Positions 41,309 to 52,859 of a DNA stretch of 64,000 nt are shown here, piece after piece. Position 1 is the first letter of the stretch. The number at the start of each line of letters is the position of its first letter. The position numbers were made by a program, and so were the translations under genes. Under the pieces are notes generated by a model, which saw only the letters and a list, made by a program, of their open reading frames with translations, did no database searches and was not told where the DNA came from. The stretch spans positions 179,986,001 to 180,050,000 of the forward strand of contig NC_042997.1 in assembly GCF_006345805.1 (NCBI RefSeq), read 5' to 3'. This DNA is from Octopus sinensis. Lineage: Eukaryota.

Positions 41309-41350
41309 GGATGTTGATGATGATGTTGATGAGGATGATGATGATGTACA
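40240..41350. repeat. (GAT)n-based array with higher-order duplication
   Basis: The marker GGTGGTGATGATGATGTTGATAATGATAATGAGG recurs at 40649, 40766, 40998 and about 41112. Confidence 0.95.
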
Positions 41351-43930
41351 TTAATCTAGGAATTGCAGAAATACATCAATACTCAGTTTTCATTATATTA
41401 ATCTAGTGTTACATTATAGCTACATCGGAATAGGTATCCTATGATATAGTGAAAGAAATTGGCATGAATCCTCGAAGCTGATAATATGACGAGCAAAAGA
41501 GAAGAAACCCTTACGTGGCCGCTCTACCGATGAGAAATAAGAGCGATATTTCAGCCAAATCATACCTTACAAGATATATTGGATAATATAATGCTGGTTG
41601 CATTGTCTGAAACATAAAATGTAATCATATTGTCTAGAAACGATTAATCATAGAGTTCTGCTGAATCAGGATTGAAGTGAGACGAAGCAACAACAACTAC
41701 AACGACGTCGGCTACAACGACAGCAGCAAGAATAACATCAAAAACAAGAAAAGCAAAAACTAATAATAAGTTTAGATAATAATTCTAAGTAAGAACACTG
41801 CAGAGTGGTTACATTGGAACATGTCGATCAAACAACTTATAATGCAATGACCACAATTATGATAACCAATTATTAGAAGAGTTAGGAACAAAAGCTATAG
41901 GTGACTGACAAAAGAAATCGAAGTACCAATGCTTATATTGGGAATCGCTTTGTATTTCGGAGTTAAAACCTTACAACTAGAAAACATATGTCATTACTGC
42001 TATTGATTTCCTTTTTATTACAGACGTATTTATTCGCGTATTCTTTTTGGCTGACTATAATATTTTTGTCCCCAACTAAATATATATATTTCATACTGAA
42101 GGCATACACTAAGAAATTCCAGAAGACCATTATTTTCAATTGTTTTATCTGTAAATTTTTAAAAATAAATATCTGTAATAGTCTTATTGATATCAAATTT
42201 GAACGTAAGTAAAAATAAATTATTTAAGTAATTAGTTTTGATAAGCATATTAGGGGATAAATTTCTCATATTTTGTGAGACTGTTGTGTGGATGCCCCCA
42301 GATGATGGAGTAGGCTTGCCTAATACGTAGATATAGAGGGAGAAGCCTAGACGTAGTCAGAGTAGCACAGAACAGAAGAGTAGCAGAAGAGTAGAACAGA
42401 GAGCAGAGTTGAATAGAAGGCATCGGAACGTGCGACGTAACAGAGAGTATGTGAATTGATGTTGGGTTTAAATTGACTAAATAGGTTTTCACATAAATAG
42501 TAGTAGTAATTATATTGATAAAGAATGGGTTTGCACATGCTGGACTATATTTCGCTGAGAAGACAAAACACAGCACGAACATATCAGTTGGAGTCATTGT
42601 GTTAACTGAAAAATCAAGCACGTTCACTGTTTCTTTATTTTCTTTATTCAATTTCCAGTCAACTTCCATTTCTGAGTTTCCTCGTTTACGTCCCTTGCCA
42701 AGAAGCATCATAAAGCGAAAGAGTTTTCTTCTTTTCAGTGGTGCTATCTCTAATACGTGAATATTTTATTTCTCTCACTCATGTTAGTGTACACTTACAT
42801 AAATGTTCTTCGTTATGAAATGGTCTGGAAATATTTTCGTGAATACATAAATATATAATGATCTGATTCTGTACTCTGAGCTTAAATTTCAGTGATATCA
42901 ACTTCTTTATTAATCCTTTCGTATTGATAAAGACGTACGAATCTAAGTGACTGAATTGGGAGAAATGCTGGAACATCAGTTAGAATATCTAGCGCCATGT
43001 TCATTTTCAGAATTCAAATCCTACCATGACCTACACAGATGATAGTCTTAATCGTTCGCCTTATTTAACAGCACTTTCTGATATCTGGGGTAATTTTTAC
43101 GTGTTATTTGTAAGTGTTATGGTAAGATGTCCGGTGAGACAAGAGGTTCCTCCCTCCCACGCGAGAACCAGTCACGGTATTCCAATAAAAGATGTATTAC
43201 ATTGTCTTCTATGCTGATTAAATGTTTTTAAATATGTATTCTTAACACAAGGGTGTGGTGATGATATATTGATGTTAATGTCTTCTCGATCAAGTTTGCT
43301 CTAGAACAGTCATAGGCAAACCACTGCTCGCGGTACATTTTGAAAGGCACGTCTAACAACAAATTACTCTGAACTTTTAGTCGTGCGGAATACCTGATGA
43401 CGAACAATGACTTATGTTCCCGCTTCTCGAAAAAAAATTGCGCATGGCTCTTCAAGAGTTAAAATGTTACTGCACAATTGTTACCCAAATCGACAAAACT
43501 TCAATATAAATTATGTTTACATTGCAAACACACAGCAAAAAAAAAGTGAATAAAGCATCTATTTATGGGTCTTGACTCGTAAGTATATCACGCTGTCTTT
43601 TCATACACCGTTCTAAACCCTGACAGTGGTCCATTTGCACTGTTTACTTTATGGTATATGTGAATATGATGCCTATTATCATTCATATTCAACAGCTAGC
43701 TGTAAATGTATGTGTTCAGTATAAGGACTTCATGTAAGGCAAATAGAATACAAATAAATTAATAATATTTATAATAGCTGCAGGTGAAAATTTACGTATG
43801 TTACGAATATTCCCATAGCTTATATTCAAACACAACATTCATTCACAACATTCATAGATATAGAAGCTCGGTGATTACATTGGTTACTTGACACACATAA
43901 ACACATACACACACACACATACACGCACAT

Positions 43931-43979
<49 letters not shown>

Positions 43980-45691
43980 CTCTCTCTCTCTCTTTCTCTG
44001 GTACCCATAACATATATATCCTTACCTCTCATTCATAGTCGTGTATGTATTATGTTTGCATGTATGTATGTATGTATATATATATGTATATAAATATATA
44101 TATATATATATATATAATATATATATATATAATATATATATATATAGTTAGATAGATATAGATATATATTTATATATGTATACATACAAACATACAATTA
44201 CGTGTGAAGGTAGTTGCGTGTGTATGCGCGCAATAGATGTACGTACAGTTTCGATATATCTCGTTCTAAAAAAAATATTGATCACTTGAGACTACCGAAG
44301 AATTAAATTTTTGCAGTATTGTGTAGTCGTGCAGTGGAATCGAATCCGTAACAATTTTACGCATGCATCGTTTTCTTTTATTATCCTTATCGACAAAATA
44401 GAATGACGGTTAAAATTTTACAAAATGGAATAAGCAGAACAAGAGGAGACACCTGGGACAGAGAGTCGTTGAAGAGGTCGCATAATGTGTGGCGGAATAT
44501 TGTCGACAAAGTGAAGAACAGGTATATAGTACTTGATTTAATTGGCAAAATATGACCACACCCAAGTTGAACAATATGCGTTTCAACATATGGTTTCATC
44601 TCAAGAATCTTGCTAATCAAATACATAAAAAGAGATAGGAGAGAGGGGGAGATGAAGACGAGGGAGATAGGGGGAGAAGAGAGATGGGGAGAGGGAGAGA
44701 CGGGAAGAGAGGGGTGCGAGAAATATGAAGAGGGGGAGAGGGGGATGGAGTAGGGGAGAAGGAGAGAAAGGAGTGGGTGAGGGAGATGGATAGTGAGAGA
44801 GACAGAAGGAGAGAGAGAGAGTGAATTCTCAATATAGAAAACGCTCAAATAATTTGAAATTACATTCCGAAACTGTTACCGAAGTCCAAGTCCCTGGAAT
44901 AAAGAGTGGCTATAAGAGGAATCCAGGGGAGTAGACATGTAGATAATGATGCAAATAAATAAATGAATGAATGAATAAATAAATAAATAAATAATTAAAA
45001 GTGATTGGATCAGATATAACACGATATGTAAATGCAAATAGAGAGAAAGCAAAAAAGTTTTAGATGATGAACATATAGATATTTACGTACCAACACGACA
45101 AACTAGCACAGAGTACAACGACATCAGAAATCACAGGGGAGAATGTGTAGTGTTACAAGTTTGACAGCTGTTTCTACGGACTCAGAGAAGTAGAAGTAGA
45201 GGTACAAGTAGAGAGTTGGAAGATAAGTGAGGCACCCTCGTACATCACTAACCTCTGCGTATGTGAATTGTATGTAAGGGAATTGCTCACCATTCTTCGC
45301 AACGACAGCTCGCATTACTGAATATATTATCAGATGTAATCCTCTCATACAAACACAGATCCTACTCATCGTTTACCCACTATGTTAAATCTATGTAATT
45401 CCCTAATTACCGTTAACCTTAAATACCATAAACCTTAAGTTGCAACATAGTCGCACTAGTAACATATCTCTTCCACTAACATCACACCCTCCACTAAATA
45501 TTCCTTCTTATGATTACCTTTCCACATTCGTCTTACCAATCACATCCATCCTTCCCCTTTACATACAAGCACCTCATCCTGATTCTTTCGATTCTTTCCT
45601 CAACTTCTTAGCACTACCTACTACTGCCTTCGCCACCAACTTATCCACCCCTCTCTCTCTCTCTCCCTCTGTCCACCTCCCTTTATGTATA

Positions 45692-45958
45692 TGTATGTTT
45701 AGGGCTAAAGCACTAGGTGGGTAACCATGAGCTAGAAGAAGATCACATACGATCTAACTACGAAGAAAGAATGTTCTCCATAGAAAATTAAGCGAACACC
45801 AGAACGATTAATTCTTGATCTTTATATTATTTCCATCTGTTTGCTCGCTTATGTTCGCTGAATTTTCTCTAGAGAACATACTTTCTTTGCAGTTAGATCG
45901 TATGTGATCTTCTTCTAGTGTATGGTTATCCACCCATTGGTTTAGCCCTAAATATACA
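45692..45958. repeat. Fold-back inverted repeat (about 107-bp arms, 53-bp spacer) with decayed hammerhead cores
   Basis: 45692-45798 is the reverse complement of 45852-45958 with mismatches; each arm has CTAGAAGAA-GATC-ACATAC-GATC-TAAC. Confidence 0.9.
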
Positions 45959-46068
45959 CATATATTGAAATTTTTTCTGATTTTCACATTTTTTATATGC
46001 TAGGCTACTGGTTTTAAATTGATATTAATTAAATTAATATTCAATTTATTTCCCTCATTATTTAAATG

Positions 46069-46108
<40 letters not shown>

Positions 46109-46326
46109 GGGGTGAGTGTATGTATGTATGTATGTATGTATGTAAGTGTGTGTGTATATGTATGTATACACACATATATATATATATATATATAATTATA
46201 TATAACTCTTCAATTATTTTACAAAAGAAAATCTAACAAATCACTAAATTTGCATGCTACGTTTAATCTGGTTAACTACATTCCCACTTCACTAAAGCTA
46301 CATACTGTCGCCTTAGGTTATGTAAA

Positions 46327-46557
46327 AAGGCGGCGAGCTGGCAGAAACGTTAGCACGCCAGGCGAAATACGTAGCGGTATTTCGTCTGCGATATGTTCTG
46401 AGTTCAAATTCCGCTGAGGTCGACTTTGCCTTTCATCCTTTCGGGGTCGATTAAATAAGTACCAGTTACGCACCAGGGTCGATATAATCGACTTAATCCG
46501 TTTGTCTGTCCTTGTTTGTCCCCTCTGTATGTAGCCCCTTGTGGGCAGTAAAGAAAT
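46327..46557 (+). mobile_element. Complete OK-like SINE monomer
   Basis: AAGGCGGCGAGCTGGCAGAAACGTTAGCACGCC..GTTCTGAGTTCAAATTCC..AAAGAAA; flanked by TAGGTTATGT on both sides. Confidence 0.93.
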
Positions 46558-46746
46558 AGGTTATGTGAAACCTGACAACTTTTTGTTTTGCAACGTATAA
46601 AACTACTGAAAATGACGGAGAGTTTTAAGATGTCGCCGGAGAATTTATAACGAAATAATCGAAGTAGGGTGACTTCGTCCTAATTTACCTTGTATGTATG
46701 CATATGTAAATTTCCACACACACACACACACACATTTATACATGAT

Positions 46747-46798
<52 letters not shown>

Positions 46799-46941
46799 GT
46801 ATTTTATTTGTATGTGTGTTTGTCTGTGTGCATTTATGGCCATATATGTATCTATATTTGTTTGTTTTTCTTCCGTATATTTGTGTCTTTCACCCTCAGT
46901 ATATATATGAAAGATATGCAACCCCCTCCATTCTCTATTTT

Positions 46942-46979
<38 letters not shown>

Positions 46980-48144
46980 TACATTCATATATATGTGAAT
47001 GTTCGTATGTCTATACATATACGTATGTATGTATGTATATATGTGTATATATATATTTGCATGTGTTTATACACACTCATATAAACACACATATGTATAT
47101 ATAACTTACAGGTCTACTGATCTAACCAAAGTTAATTCACATATAATAGTAAAACTTCTCAGCATTTGCATTAGTAATACTTCAAATAAGTGTTTCGCAT
47201 GCCTATACATAAACTATTTCACTTAACGTATGAATGGAAGATAAAAATCACAGTTTTTATTTATCGTATTCATCGGCTATTCCGATTGTTGGAAACAGGC
47301 ATACAACATAAAGGTCTTTTAAAACCCTATGACAAATATTTCCGTGCTAATTTAACACGCATTAGTTTCTAATGAAAATTCATTATTGTGCATTTATGAA
47401 ATCTGAGTACACTTACAAGGCATGGAAAAATTATCTAGAATGTTTGTGGCTTCTTTGTAATCGATTGAAAAAAATGCTCATTATTCTCCTATACCCTGAC
47501 CAAATGAGTTGTCAACTCTAATGTCAAAAGGATTTATTCAATTACATAGGTTCCAGGCGATTTCTCGTTACATGCCAGTGGTTCTATTTACCATGAATCA
47601 ACGGAAAAACGAACATTAGCGATTTTAACTTACCTTAATGGAAAACTGATATAGTGGTTCGATATGTTATGATCAGTATTATGTCGTGTTTTATATACAT
47701 GCGATGAATAGCAGAACATTACTAGGGACCTGCATTTTTGTGAATTTCAGATTTATAATATTTTTTTCTTCTAAATGTAAAAGTATGAAATAATATTGAT
47801 GCTTCTTGTGTAGAAGCGTAACGAAAGGATCTAGGCACGAAAATAATGATGATGCTGCTAGTAGGTCGTAGATATTCCAAACTTACCTTCAAACATACAC
47901 CCACTCATCAGTACAATTTAACCTGAATTTACTCATATACTTAATTCAGCACACGCACAGACTAAACAGAATAATTATATATTCATATATACACATTTAT
48001 TCTTAACTTGTTTCCATAACAGAACATTTGTTGAGGTGAGGACTTGATACTGACAGGTGAATCACGTATATTATGAAGCTAGTTTTGATGAGGACTTGGC
48101 GGTATACTCGATCAGATAAATAAGCATCTCTCTCCCTCTCTCTG

Positions 48145-48243
<99 letters not shown>

Positions 48244-48416
48244 CACATACATATGCATATATATATATATATTATATATATATAAGTTCAGCAAAAATTT
48301 AGATTCAAATGAATATGGTAATTAATTTAGATGCACCAGATGTTCGTATGGTGTTATCCATAAAAATTTGTGGGGTGATTATGATCAAAATAAGCAACAA
48401 CAATGACTCCGGCAGT

Positions 48417-48502
48417 TTGGTACAATCGTTTCGTACTACATCATTTTATTAAATGTTGTAAGTTTTACAACAGATTTAAGATGCTGAGTACTCATCAGCC
48501 AA
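48417..48502 (-). ncRNA. Hammerhead ribozyme type I, core intact, long stem II
   Basis: Minus strand TTGG-CTGATGA-GTACT...AGTAC-GAAA-CGATTG-TA-CCAA. Confidence 0.85.
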
Positions 48503-48869
48503 TTATAGAGGTTTTCCATTAATACAAATGTTTTCAAATCAAGTGGCAACATTATAGAGAAGGTAGATATACAGACAAAGATGTAGATTTAAATTTTAAG
48601 AACATATGATGTAGTGAATTCCTTCCACTGACTGACCAAGTCATGCTTACTATACTACATTTATACATTTTCACCTAAATCTCCCCTCCTGCACTTCGCT
48701 GTAGCATGTTTTACTCAGGCGGTACCTTTCTATCTACTTTCCCTTAGAAATCCTTCACTATCTCATATGTTCTTAAAATTAAAATCTACATCTCTGTCTG
48801 TATATCTACCTTCTCTATAATGTTGCCACTTGATTTGAACATTTTTGTATTAATGGAAAGCCTCTATAA

Positions 48870-48955
48870 TTGGCTGATGAGTACTCAGCATCTTAAATCT
48901 GTTGTGATGCTTACAACATTTAATAAAATGATGTATTACGAAGCGATTGTACCAA
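48870..48955 (+). ncRNA. Hammerhead ribozyme partner copy, GAAA mutated to GAAG
   Basis: TTGG-CTGATGA-GTACT...ATTAC-GAAG-CGATTG-TA-CCAA. Confidence 0.7.
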
Positions 48956-48988
48956 ATTACCGGAGTGATTCTTGTTGCTTATCTTGAG

Positions 48989-49026
<38 letters not shown>

Positions 49027-49027
49027 A

Positions 49028-49083
<56 letters not shown>

Positions 49084-49185
49084 TCAGGGTGAGTACTTGA
49101 TAATTGTAAGCACCTGTATATACCGTTTGGTGGTGTAGGTGGTGGAGTAAATTAATCAAAATAAAAACATGATGCCAAGGATTCA

Positions 49186-49263
49186 TTGGTACATATGTTT
49201 CGGGCCTTTATTAGACGGATTTATAACAATGCATAATGTGTGTCTGTGGCCTTCTTCAGCCGC
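49186..49263 (-). ncRNA. Hammerhead ribozyme type I, core intact, stem I partly mismatched
   Basis: Minus strand GCGG-CTGAAGA-AGGCC...GGCCC-GAAA-CATATG-TA-CCAA. Confidence 0.8.
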
Positions 49264-49524
49264 GCACAACTACTACCTCAAGGACATGTATTACATCAAA
49301 AATTCCACGTTGGGGATGTCTGTATTTATATATGTATATATTTATTTATTCATTTATTTATATTACCTCAACATCCAAACTTCCTCATTCTACATTGAGA
49401 GAAGGACGAGATGGACGCTTCATTTTTATGCTGTTGCCGCATTATGTCGTACGCGAACGAGAGGATTTGCATCCCCAACGTGGAATTTTTGATGTAATAT
49501 ATGTCCTTGAGGTAGTAGTTGTGC

Positions 49525-49602
49525 GCGGCTGAAGAAGGCCACAGAAACATATTATGCATTGTTATAAATTCGTCTAATAAAGGCCCGAAACATATGTACC
49601 GC
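49525..49602 (+). ncRNA. Hammerhead ribozyme type I, core and stems I/III intact
   Basis: GCGG-CTGAAGA-AGGCC...AGGCCC-GAAA-CATATG-TA-CCGC: stem I GCGG/CCGC, GGCC/GGCC stem II, palindromic stem III, GUA site. Confidence 0.88.
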
Positions 49603-49635
49603 TGAATCCTTGGCATCATGTTTTTATTTTGATTA

Positions 49636-49685
<50 letters not shown>

Positions 49686-49799
49686 GCACAGTGTATACGG
49701 ATGTACGAGTATGGTGCTTAACCATGTAAATATTATTTGAGTATACTCTCAGTATGTTACAAGTAGACTCACGATTGAATGAAAAGAAATTTATTACAA

Positions 49800-50240
49800 C
49801 GAAAAAATAAAGAAGAAATTAGTTCGGCGTTTCGGAAGAATGGTCTTCGGCGAGAAAGGAGACAGGAAAAGGAATGGTTTTGAAGAGATAACGAAATTGT
49901 GAGTGATCACAGGGGTACTAAGTGTAGTCTAATGTATGTGTAGTTGCAAAATACGTATCTGGATACTTCGAATGAGGAAAAAATTAGTGTAGTTATATGG
50001 AAATGAGTTGCAAGTGGTTGCAACATGCGAAAACAGTTGTGTTTTAAAGGTTGCTTATTGAGCGGATTTCTAAGGGAAAGTAGACAGAAAGGTACCGCCT
50101 GAGTGAAACATGCTACAGCGAAGTGCAGGAGGAGAGTTGTAGGTGAAAATGTATAAATTAAGTATAGTAAGCATGATTTTTTTGTAATCGAAATGTTGGT
50201 TAAAAGTCAATGAAGGAGCGAATAAGGCTTGAGAGTTTGT
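49800..50240 (-). mobile_element. PLE 3' remnant (GIY-YIG C-terminus-like, decayed hammerhead)
   Basis: Minus strand QHFDYKKIMLTI..LR..GGTFLSTFP, then CCGAAGA..CCGAAACGCCG near 49825-49853; 50064-50176 is an inverted copy of 48641-48753. Confidence 0.5.
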
Positions 50241-50267
50241 ACACATAAAAGTACAAACACGTACACT

Positions 50268-50311
<44 letters not shown>

Positions 50312-50609
50312 CATACATACATGCATGCATACCTACCTACCTATCTACATATATACATACATACATCTTTACGTACATACATAAATACATATATATAGTG
50401 AAACTATTAAGTTAATCACAATGGTTGCCGGGAGATAATGGTGTTTGAGTTTAACAGCGAAGGCCACATAGAATGAATATCATAGATTTTTCAAACCACT
50501 CATATAAAAATGTGGGTAAACTTTGAGATACAATCAGAAAACAATGACTAAAACTGTTGCTGTGCTGCTACTACAGCCACTGCTACTGCAGCCATGAACA
50601 AAGTAGCAC

Positions 50610-51085
50610 AAATAATTATAAAATATATAAAACATTCCATTAATGAATGGCAGACATTGCTACAACTCCACATAAAAGAGGGACCCATAAAAAACAAAGC
50701 CATCTCCAATAGAAAAGGGATATACCAGGAAAACACGCTCTCTCCACTCCTTTTCTGCTTGGCACTGACACCTTTATCTGACATGAAAACAAAACTGGAT
50801 GTAGATACAACTGTAACGGCAAAGCGATCAGCCGTCTCTTTTATATGGATGATCTAAAGCCGGACGCTACAAATGGTATACATGCGGAAACATTACTACA
50901 CACAGTACATCGATTTACCAAAGAAATAAATAGGAAATTTGGCTTAGAAAAATGTGCCAAATCAAGCAAGGAAAGAGGAAAACAAGTCAAGAGTAGCAAC
51001 ATCACATTAGATAAAGCAAATGAAATAAGAGAATTCGATCAAAGCTAGACATACATATGTTTAGGAATCAATGAACTAAGGACCA
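50610..51085 (+). mobile_element. R4/Dong RT fragment, same family as 6570-8352
   Basis: KGIYQENTLSPLLFCLALTPLSDM, MDDLK, KFGLEKCAK; nucleotide stretches shared with 6575-6930. Confidence 0.88.
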
Positions 51086-51109
51086 ACTATGTTAAGTACA
51101 AAATACACT

Positions 51110-51530
51110 ACCGACAGCGACAAATGCAGAATGTGTAGTGAGAGGGATGAAACGGTATGTCATATCGTTAGAGAATGCCGGAAATTGGCACAGCGTGAAT
51201 ACAAAAGACGTCATGAGAATGTGGAAGGAATGATCCATTGGGACCTCTGTGGTAATCACGGCCTACAAAGAGCAAAGACGTGATATGAGCAAACCCCAGA
51301 AGGAGTAATCGAGAATGGGAATTGCAAAGTTTTGTGGGATGCAATGATTCACCTGACCAGACATCGGAAACTGGACATTGTTGTGGTGAATAAAAAAAAC
51401 GAAAGAACATGCATGATAATTGACATAGCATGCCGCGGTGACAACATGATCAATGTGAAAGAAGAAAAAATAAACAAGTATGACGATTTGAAGTGGGAAA
51501 TATGTAGGTTGTGGTCAATGAGGAGATAAT
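51110..51530 (+). mobile_element. R4-clade CCHC/RLE fragment of a different family
   Basis: DKCRMCSERDETVCHIVREC..EYKRRHENV..VLWD..KLDIVV..IIDIAC..KYDDLKWEICRLW. Confidence 0.85.
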
Positions 51531-52025
51531 GGCTTCTGGTATATGTTCGTACCACGTTTTTCCTCTGTCAAGTCCATACTTGTTGGAAAGTGTTCAATGG
51601 ACAATCCTTGCTATATTGTCATGACGTCTCTTATATTCTTTCTGGGCTAGCGGCGTACATCGGCTGGTAATATGCCAAATAGATTTCACTATTTTCTCCA
51701 CAAATTCTGCAAATATCATTCTCTGATGTGTTGTCTATTCTGTATTTCATGTATTTTGTTCTTTTTGCTTGCTCTTGGGCAGCTCAGATTAGAGCCTCCG
51801 TTACCGGTTTTAAATCAATTTTGGTCATCCAAAGCCATCATTTTTCTCTGTTTGTCTTATCTTCAACATCCCTATGAAACTGTCCATGCATTCTTCATCC
51901 ATCTTTTTTCAGCTTCATTCATTCATTTGTACTTGTAGAGTGCTAGAATTTTGCAATCTTCCATCTTACACGGGCCTGACATTCTTACTTCCAAAAATAA
52001 TGGTTCTGTGGCATTTTTACATACC
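51531..52025 (-). mobile_element. R4-clade fragment in opposite orientation
   Basis: Minus strand RMHGQFHRDV..DLKPVTEALI.AAQEQ..DICRICGE..PLAQKEYKRRHDNIARIVH..TWYEHIPE; 5' end abuts the (TAT)n run at 52032-52078. Confidence 0.85.
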
Positions 52026-52031
52026 ATGCTA

Positions 52032-52072
<41 letters not shown>

Positions 52073-52447
52073 TATTATATGTTTGACTTTTGCTTTATGT
52101 CTGTACAAGTTGGCTCCAAGTCTCACCCAGAGACCTCAAGAGAGAACAGGTTGGAAGTTCTGTGCCATATATTTGGGTTTTTTTTTTTTGGTGTTGTACT
52201 AGTGAATGTCTAATACATAAAAATAAAAAATAAATTTAAAAAAAAATAAAAAATAGAAATAAATAAAAAAAAGTTTGTTTTAAACCTTGGGATTACATAG
52301 AGAGTATTTTGCGTAGGATATGAGCAGTTCCCATGAGCACTATCTTTTGAATTTCTGCCATTTTGGGGTTTCCTGTTATCTGAGTTCGGTAGCAATCACT
52401 CCCTTTCGCTATCATTATTATTATTATAATTACTATTATTATTATTA

Positions 52448-52507
<60 letters not shown>

Positions 52508-52859
52508 TTTAAAAGGTTTGACGTAACTCTTCACAAAGGTAAATAAACAATACGAACAGTGCGATGCGATTGCAATAGACGTTTTATTGGTTAAAAAATA
52601 TTTCGACAGCTAGCCTGTCTTTGTCGAGTTCAAAATGAAAAGTGATAGATACATAAAATTCAAAGTTATAGAAATTCAGATCCAAAATATGAACGAAGGC
52701 AACCAGCATTTCTACGTTGATGGAATGACATCAGCAGTTTTCAATTTTCTAGTTTACACCTCTCAAAAAGAGAAAAAGAAGAAATGCCAAGTAAATAGAA
52801 AGGAAAAAGAATATTCAGTCAAACAGTTTTGTGAATGTATGATGGAATTTTTCTGTCAC

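Larger units (their letters stand above)
48416..48956. repeat. Fold-back A: about 203-bp inverted arms, 135-bp spacer, one hammerhead per arm
   Basis: 48416-48618 is the reverse complement of 48754-48956 with few mismatches. Confidence 0.95.
49148..49640. repeat. Fold-back B: about 171-bp inverted arms, about 151-bp spacer, one hammerhead per arm
   Basis: 49148-49318 is the reverse complement of 49470-49640 with few mismatches (also visible as the mirrored ORFs 49169..49492 + and 49368..49619 -). Confidence 0.95.

Noticed and set aside
42024-42204. Strong acceptor and donor around ORF 41988..42212
   Set aside because: The open frame has low-information F/I/K-rich composition and no recognisable homology; the other frames stop early. 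It cannot be supported without RNA data.
43115-43247. Solo LTR (TGTTA...TAACA with AATAAA)
   Set aside because: Very short, with an imperfect TSD and no second copy. The similar candidate at 42282-42493 has no TSD.
43370-43425. Additional hammerheads (CTGATGA here; also 35108, 26620-26655 minus and 52700-52745 minus)
   Set aside because: Core halves are not correctly spaced, or stems I and III do not pair; compatible with chance or extreme decay.
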